Source: an uncultured Phycisphaerales bacterium
GTDB lineage: Bacteria > Planctomycetota > Phycisphaerae > Tepidisphaerales > Tepidisphaeraceae
Assembly (NCBI GenBank): GCA_963844715.1
Contig: CAWJPJ010000007.1
Location: 448,001 to 512,000 of the forward strand
Direction of reading: 5' to 3'
Length of the DNA stretch: 64,000 nt
The notes beneath the pieces are model-generated. The model was not told the DNA's origin, made no database searches, and saw only the letters and a list, made by a program, of their open reading frames with translations. Made by a program: the position numbers and the translations under genes. Shown here piece after piece: positions 43,830 to 55,549 of this stretch (its first letter is position 1; the number at the start of each line of letters is the position of its first letter).

Positions 43830-46800
43830 ATGGTGCGAAAGCCGTTTCTTGATCTGGTGCGGGAGCGCGTCGTCGTCCTTGATGGGGCGATGGGGACGAG
43901 CATCCATACCTATGCCGCTGGATGTGCAGCGGGATTGGTTGGGGAACGAAAACGCGTCGGAGGTGCTCAATCTCACCCGTCCGGACGTGATTCGGGAGAT
44001 TCATGAATCGTTCCTGGCGGTGGGGTGCGATGCGGTGGAGACCAATTCGTTTAATGGGAGCAAGAACGATCTGGCGGAGGCGGATCTTTCGGATCGGGCT
44101 GTTGAGGTGAATCGGATCGCGGCGGAGATTGCGCGGGAGGCTTGCGACAAGTTTGAGAAGGCGGATTCGCCGAAATATGTGATCGGGTCGATCGGGCCGA
44201 CGCGACGGCTGGTGACTCTGGGGCAGATATCGTTTGACGAGCTGGTCGAGAGTTTCTTTCCGGCAGATTTTGGGATTGGTTGCAGGGGGGGGCGGATGTG
44301 TTGCTGATCGAGACGCAGCAGGATTTGCTGGCGATCAAGTGCGGGGTCGCGGCGGCGAATCGGGCGTTTGCCGAAGTCGGGCGGCGCGTGCCGATCATGG
44401 TGCAGGCTTCGTTCGATACGAATAACGGGCAGCAGATGCTTACGGGGGCCGATCCTTCGGCCTTCGTGGCGGCGATTCGGCCTTATGACGAAGTGGATGT
44501 GCTGGGGTTGAACTGCGCGTTTGGGCCGAACGAATTGAGCGAGACGATTCGGTATATCGCGGGGAATTATCCGAAGTTTGTCAGTGCGCTGCCGAACGCG
44601 GGGTTGCCGGTGTTTGTGAATGGGAAGGCGCATTTTCCGATGAAGCCGGACGATTACGCCAAGGGCGTGCGGCGATTTATCGGGGAGTTTGGCGTGAACA
44701 TCGTGGGCGGGTGTTGCGGGACGACGCCGGAGCATCTGAAGGCGATTGTGGAGGTTGCGCGGAGCACGCGGCGAGCGGAGCGGGATGTGAAGCCGAAGGC
44801 GCAGGTGTGCAGTTTGGTGACGGCGGTCGATCTGAGGCAGGATACGAGCTATCTGATTGTCGCGGAGCGGACGAACACGAACGGGAGCCGGCAATTCAAG
44901 CGGCTTTTGCAGGAGGATGATTGGGACGGCCTGGTGAGCATGGGGCGGGACGAATTGCGCGATGGGTCGCATCTGCTGGATGTGTGCGTGGATTTTGTGG
45001 GGCGGGACGGCGTGCGGGATATGCACGAGGTGGTGAGCCGCTACGTGAACGCGCTGGCTGCGCCGCTGATGCTGGATAGCACCAATCCGGCGGTGCTGGA
45101 GGCGGGGCTGAAATTGTGCGGCGGGGCGGTGCATCCTGAATTCCATGAATCTGGAGGACGGGGAGGAGCGGGTTGCGCACATTTGCGCGATGGCGAAAAA
45201 ATATCGGCGCGGCGGTTGTGGCGGGGACGATCGACGAGGACAAGCAACAGGCGATGGCGCGGACGGCGGATCGGAAAATTGTCGATCGCCAGGCGGATTC
45301 GCGATCTGTCGGTCGGGAAATTTGGGCTGCAGGACGAGGATCTTTTGTTCGATCCGCTGGTTTTGCCGATCAGCACGGGGATCGAGGAGGATCGGCGGAA
45401 CGCGCTGGAGACGATCGAGGGGACGCGGCGGATCATGACGGAGTTGCCGCGGTGCAATACCGTGGTCGGATTGTCGAACGTCAGTTTCGGGCTGAAGCCG
45501 GCGGCGCGCGTGGTGCTGAATAGCTGCTTCCTGAATGAGCTTTGCCAGGCGGGGTTGACGGCGGCGATTGTGCATGCGTCGAAAATTTTGCCGCGGAATC
45601 GGATTCCGGACGAGCAGTGGAACGCGGCGCTGGATTTGATTTACGACCGGCGGCGGGAGGGGTTTGATCCGCTGACGGCTTTTATTTCGCTCTTTCCGGA
45701 AGGCTCGGAAGCGCCGAAGGAAGTGGCGCGGGACGATTCGCCGATCGAGGAGAAACTCAAGCGGCACATCATCGACGGGGAGAAGCGGGACTTGGTTCTG
45801 CATCTTCAGGAGGCGCTGCAGAAATATCCGCCGCTGGAGATCATCAACAACATTTTGCTCGAGGGGATGAAGGTGGTGGGGGAACTATTCGGGAGCGGGC
45901 AGATGCAGCTTCCGTTTGTGCTTCAGAGCGCCGAGACGATGAAGGCGGCGGTGGCGCATCTGGAGCCGCTGATGGAAAAAGCGGAAGGACAATCGCGAGG
46001 GAAGATCGTGCTGGCGACGGTCAAGGGAGATGTTCACGACATCGGGAAGAACCTGGTGGACATCATCCTGACCAACAACGGGTACACGGTATATAACCTG
46101 GGGATCAAGCAGCCGGTGCATGACATCATTCGGGCGGCGATTGAAAAGCGCGCGGACGCGATCGGGATGAGCGGGCTTTTGGTGAAGAGCGTCGCGGTGA
46201 TGAAGGAGAATCTCGAGGAATTGAACGCGCAGGGGATGAAGATTCCGGTCCTGCTGGGCGGGGCGGCGCTGACGCGCGATTACGCGGAGGACACGCTGGC
46301 GGAGCTTTATGGCGGGCCGCTGCTTTATTGCAAGGATGCGTTTGAAGGCTTGTCGGCGATGGATCAGATCGCGACGGGGGAGATTACCTCGGCGGTGCAG
46401 ACCCAGCGGCAGCGGGCGCAGCGGCGGAAGGAATTGCGGGCTCGGAGCGAGGAGAAGTTTGGGGCGATCATCGCGGGTTCGGGATCGGGCGAGTCCTCGG
46501 TGGCGCGGGACAACCCGGTGCCGGCGCCGCCGTTCTGGGGGGGCGTGGCGGTGAAGGAGATTTCGCCGCGGCTGGTTTTTCCGTTTATCAATAAGACGGC
46601 GCTGTATACCGGGCAATGGGGATTCAAGCAGAAGGGAGCGAAGGGGGAGGAGTATCGGAAGCTGCTCGATGAGAAGGCGGAGCCGGTGTTTGAGGCGCTG
46701 GTGAAGAGGGGGATTGCGGAGAAGCTGATTCAGCCGAAGGTGGTTTACGGATATTTTCCGGTGCAATCGGATGGGGACGATCTGATCGTTTACCGGCCGG

Positions 46801-47342
46801 AGGAGTTTGAGACGGGGAAAACGTTGCCGAACGGCGCGGCGAAGGAATGGCTGCGGTTTTCGTTCCCGCGCCAGACGGGGCGGCGGCGGCTTTGCATCGC
46901 GGATTTCTTCCGGGCGCGAAAGTCGGGGGAATTTGATGTGCTGGGCGTGCAGCTTGTGACGGTGGGGGATGCGGCGACGCAGGCGGCGGAGGCGCTGCGC
47001 AAGAGCGATCGGTATCAGGATTATCTTTACCTGCATGGATTCGGCGTGGAGTCGGCGGAAGCGTTGGCGGAATATTGGCACAAGCGGATGAGGCAGGAAC
47101 TGGGGTTCGGGAGCGAGGACGCCGACACGGTCGAGCAGCTCTTTCATCAGGGATATCGAGGGAGCCGGTATAGCTTGGGGTATCCGGCGTGCCCGAATCT
47201 GGAAGACCGCGCGAAGATTGTGGAATTGTTGCCGGTGAATGAGATTAGCGTGCAACTGACGGAGAATTTCATGCTGGTGCCGGAACAGTCGACCGATGCT
47301 TTGGTTGTACACCATCCTCAGGCGAAGTATTTCGACGCGTAA
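43830..47342 (+). CDS. metH: Cobalamin-dependent methionine synthase, frameshifted
   Basis: LDGAMGT, GLNC, GGCCGTTP, ERTNTNGS, KGDVHDIGKN (B12-binding His), SGLL and RYSLGYPACP. Confidence 0.96.
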
Positions 47343-48531
47343 ATGGGCTGGGGAAGACGGGCGGACGTCATGAGCAAAACGGGGCGCAACGAACCAACGC
47401 TGCTGCTTTCGGCGGTTCTTTGTGTGGTGTTGGTTGTGTTAATGGGGTGGCTGCGGCTGGGGGTTTTTGGGCAAGCGGCGCTGCCGGTGGGGTATGCGGT
47501 GCCGGTGGTGATCGCGGCATGGACGCGGCGGCGGGCGCTGTTTTGGGGCGTAGTCGCGGCGTTTGCGATTCTGACGGTTTGGAAATTCGGGGTTCAACTG
47601 AACGAAATAACGCCGGCGCGGGTCACCCAGCACATCTGGGCGGGAGCGGCGGTTTTGGTGGACCTGTTTTTGACGGCGATGTTGGTGGATCTCTTTTTCA
47701 AGAGCCGGCTGGCTTCGATTCGGCAGCGCGAGGAGATTTCGGCGCAGAACGAGCGGCTGAAGGCGCAGGCGGCGGAATTGGAAATGAGGGAGCGGGAATC
47801 GATCGAAAAACGCCGGGCGGCGGAGGAGAGCTCGATCCGCAAGAGCCGGTTCCTGGCGGCGGCGAGCCACGATATTCGCACGCCGGCGAATGCGATCGGA
47901 TTGCTGGCGGAACTGATTCAGCGATCGGCGCGTCGATCCGGCGGCGCAGGGGGAAGTGCCGGAGCTGGCGATGGAAATCCAAAAAAGTTCACTGGGCCTG
48001 GCGGAGTTGGTGGGGGATATTTTGGATTTGTCGCGGCTGGATCTGGGCGTGATCGAGATGAATCCGGTGGAGTTCGATCTGGGGACGTGGCTGGCGGAAG
48101 AGAGCGTAAAACTTCAGCCGCTGGCGGAAGGGAAGCACCTGGGGTTCGAATGCAGTCCGCCGGTGCGGCCGGTGAGGATGTGGTGCGACCAGATCAAGCT
48201 GGGACGGGTAATCACGAATCTCATCGGCAACGCCGTGAAATATACGCAGCAAGGGGATGTGAAGGTTTGCGCGGATGTTTCGGACGGGTGGGTGCGGATC
48301 GCGGTCCGCGATACGGGGATTGGAATTGCGCCGGAATATCAGGGCAGGATTTTCGACGAATATTTCCAGTTGAAAAATCCCGAGCGCGATCGGAACAAGG
48401 GGACGGGGCTGGGTCTATCGATCAGCAGGCGTTTGCTCGACGCGATGGGAGGGACATTGACGGTGGAGAGCGCCCAGGGGAAGGGGAGCACGTTCACGGT
48501 GTCGCTCCCGGCGAGGATGATTGTCGGATAA
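47343..48531 (+). CDS. Membrane sensor histidine kinase, one frameshift
   Basis: N-terminal TM helices, H-box AAASHDIRTP, NLIGNAVKY, DTGIGI, GTGLGL and GKGSTF. Confidence 0.9.
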
Positions 48532-48544
48532 GCTTACTGGCTCG

Positions 48545-49324
48545 ATGGAGGCCGCGGGCGTTCAATTTCATGTGATGGGGGAGTATCTGGCGGGGCAGGT
48601 CCGGACCCGATGGGTGGAGAGCGCGCGGGCGAAAATCCCTGAGTTGGAATTGGAAATTGAGCGGAATTGGGAGACGGCGCTGCGCGGCCGGGGGTGCGGC
48701 TGTTTGATCTGCCGATGTGCAGGCTGGAGGGGTTCGGGGCCGATGCGGAATTGCAACTGACGCTGAGTTTGACGAGCTATAAGGCATTTGTCGGGACGCA
48801 TTACTGCGATACCAAAATTGTGGAGCGATATGGGCGTGAGGCGGTTGGCTTATGCGATGGGGATGAGCGCCGTTGTGCAGAGCGCGGATGGTTTTTTCCT
48901 GCTGGGGCGGCGGAACGCGTCGGTGGCGCATTACGCGAATCGGGTGCATACGTTTGCGGGAACGCTGGAGCCGGAGGAGGCGGGGGATGTGTTTGGGGCG
49001 ATCGCGCGGGAATTGGATGAGGAATTGCACTTGTCGGTGCGGGAAATGTCGGGGATGGTCTGCCTGGGACTCGTGGAGGATGAGTCGATCCACCAGCCGG
49101 AGCTGGTTTTTGACGCGGTGTCAATGCTGAAGCGGGATGAGATCACGGGGCGATTGGATCAGAGCGAGCACAGCGGGCTGGTTTGCGTCGAGGCGCGGGG
49201 AGATCGGGTCCGGGAAATGGTTTCGGATCCGGAGCTGACGCCGGTGGCGCGGGCGGGGCTGCTTTTTTGCGGAAGGAAGCGGTTTGGCGCGGCGTGGTTT
49301 GACGAAGCGGTCGCGGGCGGCTAA
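48545..49324 (+). CDS. NUDIX-fold hydrolase, frameshifted
   Basis: Nudix-like box AGTLEPEE...AIARELDEEL; LLGRR. Confidence 0.6.
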
Positions 49325-49336
49325 GGTGCGGGAATC

Positions 49337-50154
49337 ATGAATTGGCCTGAGGATTTGAAAACGGCGGTGGGTGTGGCGCGTGACGCGGGGCGACTCGTGT
49401 TGGAAAAGTACGGGAAGGTAGCGCGGCTGACCAAGCGGCACGAAGAGGCGGTCAGCGAGGCGGATCGGGCGAGCCAGCGATTGATCGTGGCGGGGCTGAA
49501 GGCGAAATTTCCGACGGATGGAATTGTCGGCGAGGAGAACGACACGGGAGACGCGATCACGTACGAGGTGCGCGATCCGATGGGGCGGAACTGGGTGATC
49601 GATCCGATCGATGGAACGAACAATTATCTCGGCGGGCTGGGGATTTTCGCGGTGAGCATCGGACTGCTGACGGCGGGAGAGGCAGTGCTGGGGGTGGTTC
49701 ACGATGTCACGCGCGGGCAGACTTATGCGGCGGCGCGCGGGTTTGGGGCGTGGCTGGACGATCGGCCGATCAAGGCGCTGGAAACACCGATGGGGAGCAA
49801 CGCGATTCTCATGCTGACGAGCAATCTGCTGGATGCGAGCGGGAAGCTGCCGGCGTGGGCGACGCGGTGGATCGGTCAGACGGATTGGAAACTTCGCATT
49901 CTGGGCTCGGCGGCGCTGGAGGCGGCGCACGTGGCCGGGGGGCGTGGCGCACGGGGCAATCACATTGAACGGAAAGCTGTGGGACGTCGCGGCGCCGGCG
50001 GCGATTGTGCTCGAAGCGGGTGGGGTGGTGAGCGATCCCGGGGGGAAGAAGATTTTTCCATATCGATCTGAGGGGGTATTCGGGGGCGAAAGTTCCATTT
50101 CTGGCGGCGGGGAATCGGGCGCATGGGGAATTGTTGGAAGAGATCAATCGATAA
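49337..50154 (+). CDS. Inositol monophosphatase family protein, frameshifted
   Basis: SEAD, GEE, WVIDPIDGTNNY, GSAAL and WDVAA. Confidence 0.88.
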
Positions 50155-50227
50155 CGATTTATCATCCGAAAACGTTGCAAACTGGGTGGTCGCAAAAGTT
50201 TTTGATCTCGTGTAATATTCTGCGTGT

Positions 50228-51818
50228 ATGCCGAAGATTACTGTGGATGGGAAAATTATTGAGTGCAAGGACCGGCAGATGGTCTTGCAGGCGTGCCTGG
50301 ATGGGGGGCATTTGCATCCCGTCTTATTGCTATCACCAGGGGCTATCGATTCCGGCTTCGTGTCGAATTTGTCTGGTTGAAGTCGAGGGGATTCCGAAGT
50401 TGGTGCCGTCTTGTCAGACGCCGGTGCGGGATGGGATGGTGGTGCATTCGAGATCTCCCAAGGCGGTGGCGAATCAGAAGCAGGTGATGGAGTATCTGCT
50501 GATCAATCATCCGCTGGATTGTCCGGTATGCGATCAGGCGGGGGAATGCTCGCTTCAGGATTACTCATATAAATACGGCAGAAGCGAATCGCGATTTGAG
50601 GAAGACAAGGCGAAGAAGCCTAAGAAGGACGTTGGGGAGGGTATTTATTTGTATGCGGACCGGTGCATCATGTGCACGCGGTGCGTGCGGTTTACGCGCG
50701 AGGTTTCGGGGACGAGCGAGATTTACGTTGACGGGCGCGGGTTTCAGGAGGAGATCGATATTTTCCCGGGGAGGCCGTGCAATAACAAACTGGCGGGGAA
50801 CGTTGTGGATTTGTGCCCGGTGGGGGCGCTGCTGGATAAGGATTTTTTGTTCAAGCAGCGTGTATGGTTATTGAAGCAGACGCCGTCGATTTCGCCGGTG
50901 GATAGCGGGGGGGAGAACATTTATCTGGAACATAATGAAGGGGTCGTGTATCGGATCAAGCCGCGCGAGAATATGGAAGTGAATGGGTTTTGGATCAGCG
51001 ACGACACGCGGTACTCGTACAAGATCATCGCGGATGAAAAGAGATTGAAGAAGGCGATGGTCAAGGAACATGCGCGCCTTCGCCGGCGGGATTTTCGGGG
51101 GCGGTGAAGACCGCCGCGGAAAAACTGCGAGAGATCGCGGCGCAAGGGGAGGGGGGGCTGTACGCGGTCTTGTCGCCGATGATGGCTTGCGAAGAGGCGT
51201 ATTTGCTTGGCAAGGCGATCCGAGAAATGGATCCGCAGGCGCTGCTTGTGCTTGGGCCGGTGCCGGGCGGGGCGGATGAGGTCTTCAAGCATTCGCAGAC
51301 GGGGAAACAGACTTTTGTGATCAAGGGAGAGAAGGTTCCGAATGCGGCGGGGATTCGCCGGGTGCTTGCGATGCTCGGCGGTCCGACGGCGACGTATGAG
51401 GAATTTGTCAAGTGGAGCCCACGCGAATCTTCGCGGGGGCTGGATCGTGGGGGGATATTTGTCGCCTTGGATTGGCGCCGAATTGCCTGCGGTCTTCCGG
51501 AGTGGATTCAAGGTCGTGCAGGATTTGCTGCCCAGCAGCCTGACGGAATCGGCGGATGTGCTGATTCCTGGGGCCGCGTGGGCGGAGAAAGAAGGATGCT
51601 GGGAAAATTACGCCGGGAAAATGCAGCCTTTCGAGGCGGCGGTGGCGCCGCCCGAGGGCGTTCGGCGGGACGGGGATGTGTATATGACGCTTTTCGGCCG
51701 GCAGGGGCTTTATCATGCGGAGACGATTCGCCGGGATATGGGCGGGGCGTTCGCGGAGGTGAAGCTGCCCGGTTCGACCGCGAAAGCCCATGCGCCGATG
51801 GAGTTTGTAGCGCTTTAA
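50228..51818 (+). CDS. nuoG: NADH-quinone oxidoreductase subunit G, short form (about 530 aa), frameshifted
   Basis: CYH..LS..ASCRICLVE, NHPLDCPVCDQAGECSLQ, RCIMCTRCVRF and DLCPVGAL. Confidence 0.9.
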
Positions 51819-51831
51819 ATGGATTGATTCG

Positions 51832-53248
51832 ATGCTCGAGTGGATTTCGACACATATTCCGCCGTGGCTGTTTATTTTGCTGGTGGCGCACTTTGCGATT
51901 CTGGGGACGGTTGCGTATCTGATTCTGCTGGAGCGGAAGATTGCCAGTTGGGTGCAGGACCGGATCGGGCCGAATCGGGTTGGGTTGGGATTTGGAATTA
52001 TTCCGGTATTGAAGGATTTTCATTTTTGGGGATTCGGGCAGCCACTGGCGGATGGGTTGAAATTCATTGTGAAGGAAGACTATCGGCCTTCGCACGTGGA
52101 CAAGGTGCTGTTCACGATTGCACCCGGGTTCATGATTTTGGTGATTATCATCAGCATCGCGGTTCTGCCGTGGGGCGGGACGATGCAGTCGAAGCGGACG
52201 ATCACGATACCGGCGGGGACGGCGGATGTGACGCAGTATGCGCGGGACCATCTGACGCTGGGGTCGAGATTGATCGGGTCGCCGGTGCCGGTGGACGGGA
52301 CGACGGACCAGTACACGATCACGTACCGGTATGAATTTCAGATCGCGACTTTGAACATCGGCGTGCTGTTCATTCTGGCGGTTTTGTCGCTGGCGGTTTA
52401 TGGCGTGGTGATCGGCGGGTGGGCGAGCAACAACAAATATTCGTTCCTGGGGGGATTGCGGGCGACTACGAACATGATTTCGTACGAAATCCCGCTCGGT
52501 CTGGCGGTGCTGTGCATCGTGCTGATGTACGGGTCGCTGGATCTGAACACGATCGTCGTGCGGCAATGCCACGACTGGGGGCATTTCCTTCCGGCGTGGA
52601 ATGTTTTTTCGCAGCCGCTGGTGTTTGTGATGTTTTTGGTGTGCATTCACGCCGAGGCGAATCGGGCGCCGTTCGATCTTGCGGAGGCGGAACAGGAACT
52701 GGTCGGCGGATATCATACGGAATACAGCGCGATGCGATTTGCGTTGTTTTTCCTGGCGGAATATGCGGGGATGATCACGACCAGCGCGGTGTGCGTGGCG
52801 TTGTTTTTCGGGGGGTGGGATTGTCCGGGCTTGCGCGGGCATCCCTCGGACCCGGGCTTGAGCACCAGTCTGATTGTCTGCGTGCTTCGAGCGGTAGTAT
52901 TCTTCGCCAAGACGATCGTGATCATCTTTGTGTTCATGTGGGTTCGATGGAGCCTGCCGCGGTTTCGGTTCGATCAATTGATGATGCTGGCGTGGCGGGC
53001 GCTGATTCCGATCGCGCTGTTCCTGCTGTTGGTGACGGCGGCGGTGGTTTATGTGTTTCATGGCGCCAGTTATGACGATGGATTGCATGGCCCGATGGCG
53101 CGTAACGTTGTTCGGGGCGAATCTGGCGGCGGCGCTGGCGATTCTGGTTGGAAGCCGGTTGATACCGCCCGCGCCGGCGACGAACCGGCGGCTGCAGGTG
53201 ATCGGGAGCCGATATAGTAAGACGCCGCTGCCGGCGGGACTTAATTAA
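51832..53248 (+). CDS. nuoH: NADH-quinone oxidoreductase subunit H, with internal insertion; C-terminus frameshifted
   Basis: ERKIASWVQDRIGPNRVG, QPLADGLK, SYEIP, NRAPFDLAEAEQELVGGYHTEYS and PRFRFDQLM. Confidence 0.93.
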
Positions 53249-53262
53249 TCGCGAGATGTCAA

Positions 53263-53799
53263 ATGAAAGATTCAGACGTGATCATGCTGGAGGAGCCGAA
53301 GCTTTCGGTTCCGGACCAGTTTTACCTGCCGCAGGTTTTGATCGGGCTGGGGACGACGATGAAGCACATGTTCAACGTCGTGGTACTGGGGAAGGATCGC
53401 GTCGTTCAATATCCGGAAGAGAAGCGCGAGGATCTTCCGGTTGAAAAAGGGGGAATGAATCTGCGGACGTATCGCGGGGTACACCGGCTGAACAAGGACG
53501 AAGAGGGGCGAGTGAAGTGCGTGGCGTGCTTTATGTGCTCGACGGCGTGCCCGGCACAGTGCATCCACATCGAGGCCGCCGAAAGCCCATGGCAGGACCG
53601 AGAGAAATATCCCGCCAAATTCGACATTGACGAATTACGTTGCATCTATTGCGGCATGTGCGAGGAGGCATGTCCGGTGGATGCGATCGAACTGACGCAC
53701 TCCTATGACATTGTCGGACTTACCCGCCAGGAAATGATTTTCGACAAATCGAAGCTGCTGCAGATTTTTGACGAAACGGTCAAAAACGAGCCGATGTAG
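53263..53799 (+). CDS. nuoI: NADH-quinone oxidoreductase subunit I
   Basis: QYPEE, RGVHRL, CVACFMCSTACP and CIYCGMCEEACP. Confidence 0.93.
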   Translation: MKDSDVIMLEEPKLSVPDQFYLPQVLIGLGTTMKHMFNVVVLGKDRVVQYPEEKREDLPVEKGGMNLRTYRGVHRLNKDEEGRVKCVACFMCSTACPAQCIHIEAAESPWQDREKYPAKFDIDELRCIYCGMCEEACPVDAIELTHSYDIVGLTRQEMIFDKSKLLQIFDETVKNEPM

Positions 53800-53990
53800 G
53801 CCGCCCCCTCGCAGGTCCCGCAATAAGAGGGGAATTGGGGCAAAAAAACGCAAATCCGGGGTTCCAAATCGCCGAAATAAACGGGTATCTTCGCCGTTAT
53901 TAATGCGGTGGAGGCGCAGGGGGGTCCGGCAGAGGCCGTGGGACAAACCTGCGAAGATTTTCGGGTCTAATATTAGTGAGGAGCATAGGT

Positions 53991-54399
53991 ATGTTTCCGT
54001 TATTGAGACGAGCGATGTTGGCCCGCGCGGTGGTTCGCGGGACGGTTGGATTAGCGATATTGGGACTGACGGGATGTGTGGTTCGGGAATACAACTCTCC
54101 GCCCCCGCCTCCGCCGCCCCCTCCGCAGCCGGCATATGTAGCCCCGCCGCCTCCGCCCGGCGCGCCGCCGGCGCAGGGGACCGCGGCGCCTCCGCCGCAG
54201 GATCAGGTGGAAGTGGTTACGCCGGCGCCGGGACCCGATTATATCTGGATCAACGGATACTGGGTCTGGCACTACGACCACTATGACTGGGTGCACGGAT
54301 ACTGGGGCCGTCGTCCGTGGGGCGGCAGCCGTTTGGGTTGGCGGGCATTGGGAACACCACCACCACGGCTGGCTCTTCGTGGGCGGTTATTGGCGGTAG
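53991..54399 (+). CDS. Pro-rich lipoprotein with WXXGXW repeats, frameshifted near the end
   Basis: Lipobox LTGC, poly-Pro tract, WINGYW and WVHGYW. Confidence 0.75.
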
Positions 54400-54476
54400 G
54401 TCCTGCTGAATGATCTCATCGACGCCGGCGGCTTGGTCGGATTCAGACGAATCCCACCAGGCGCCGGCGTTGTCGT

Positions 54477-54782
54477 TTATCTCTGTTCTTCTTCCTCTTC
54501 TTCGTCCACGTCATCGTCCGCGTCCTGGTTGCGGGGGTCGCCGACGGGATAGTCGGCGGTGTATTCAAAAACTTTTCGGACGTACTTTACAAACGGCTCG
54601 GACTGAACCGCCTTTATCTGGTTGGCGGTCATGGTTCCCTCGATGGCGCCGTTATCGGCATCGACATCGGTGACGGACATGCCCGCCGACTTGAGCTTCT
54701 GAACCGCCTGGTCCAGAGGCAGGGGGAGGGGGTCGGATAGAATTACGACGACATCGGCAATCTCTGCGTCCTGGTGTTCCAT
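54477..54782 (-). CDS. Small hypothetical protein with acidic tail
   Basis: Clean 101-aa ORF with a GGAG RBS. Confidence 0.6.
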   Translation of the reverse strand: MEHQDAEIADVVVILSDPLPLPLDQAVQKLKSAGMSVTDVDADNGAIEGTMTANQIKAVQSEPFVKYVRKVFEYTADYPVGDPRNQDADDDVDEEEEEEQR

Positions 54783-54798
54783 ACGAAAAAGACTCCTT

Positions 54799-54965
54799 TA
54801 GAGCGGTCTGCGGCTCCGCCTAGCGGCCATTTGTCCACGGCTGCAACGGATGCTGCGTCTTCGCTCCTCAACGTATCTGATTTTCTGATACGCTTCGTCG
54901 CTCATCCTTGCCTCCGTCGCAGCCGTGGCCAAATGGCTCGCTACGCGGAGCCGCAAACCGCTCTA
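54799..54965. mobile_element. TA-flanked palindromic MITE-like element of about 167 bp
   Basis: About 52-bp imperfect terminal inverted repeats (TAGAGCGGT...ACCGCTCTA) and an inner CGTATC...GATACG hairpin. Confidence 0.7.
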
Positions 54966-55549
54966 GAATTTGTTGTCCGATTTTATGCGGAATCTCGGGG
55001 TTGAAAACCGAATAAAATTGTCGCCAAGGCGCTTGGTGAGGTTTCGGCGTGAATCGGCGCAGATATTGCGCAGGGAGCGAGGGTTGCGGCGGGTTTTAAG
55101 CCGTGGCCGGCGATCAATTTATCCGGTCCCGCCGGCAGGGTTATGAGGCGGGATTTTATTTGCAAGCATGGAAGCCTTTGTTTAGACTTGCCGTTCGTTC
55201 GGGGCGGAGTTCCGACTGAGCCGGCAGGATGTCGCGGAAAACGAGTTCGCCAGGGCGCTGCGGCATGCGGCGGTAACGGGCATGCCACGAGCCTTACGTT
55301 ACGGAGGAGTCATTGGCGGGCGAGGGTTCCTTGTGTGCGAGGTTTTCCTGCCTGCGAGGAGTTCAAGCATCAGCGGTTAACCCCAGACGGCCTTCCTCAA
55401 GAATGAACAAAAGCCCGCGACGAACAGGGTCGGTATCCGTTTCGGTGATCAGGATGTCGGACCGCAATCCTAGCGGCTTGATGCTTGCGAAGAGAGCCCA
55501 CCGATGCCAAGGCGTCAGGCTGGGAATGATCTGCAAAGGAGAAATACCC

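Noticed and set aside
44001..47315. Long antisense ORFs (for example 44001..45803, 45885..47315, 51508..53088, 63000..63968)
   Set aside because: Shadows of real genes on the other strand in GC-rich DNA; Arg/Pro-rich with no recognisable motifs.
54095..54200. CCG-rich tandem repeat
   Set aside because: Explained by the poly-proline tract of the lipoprotein.
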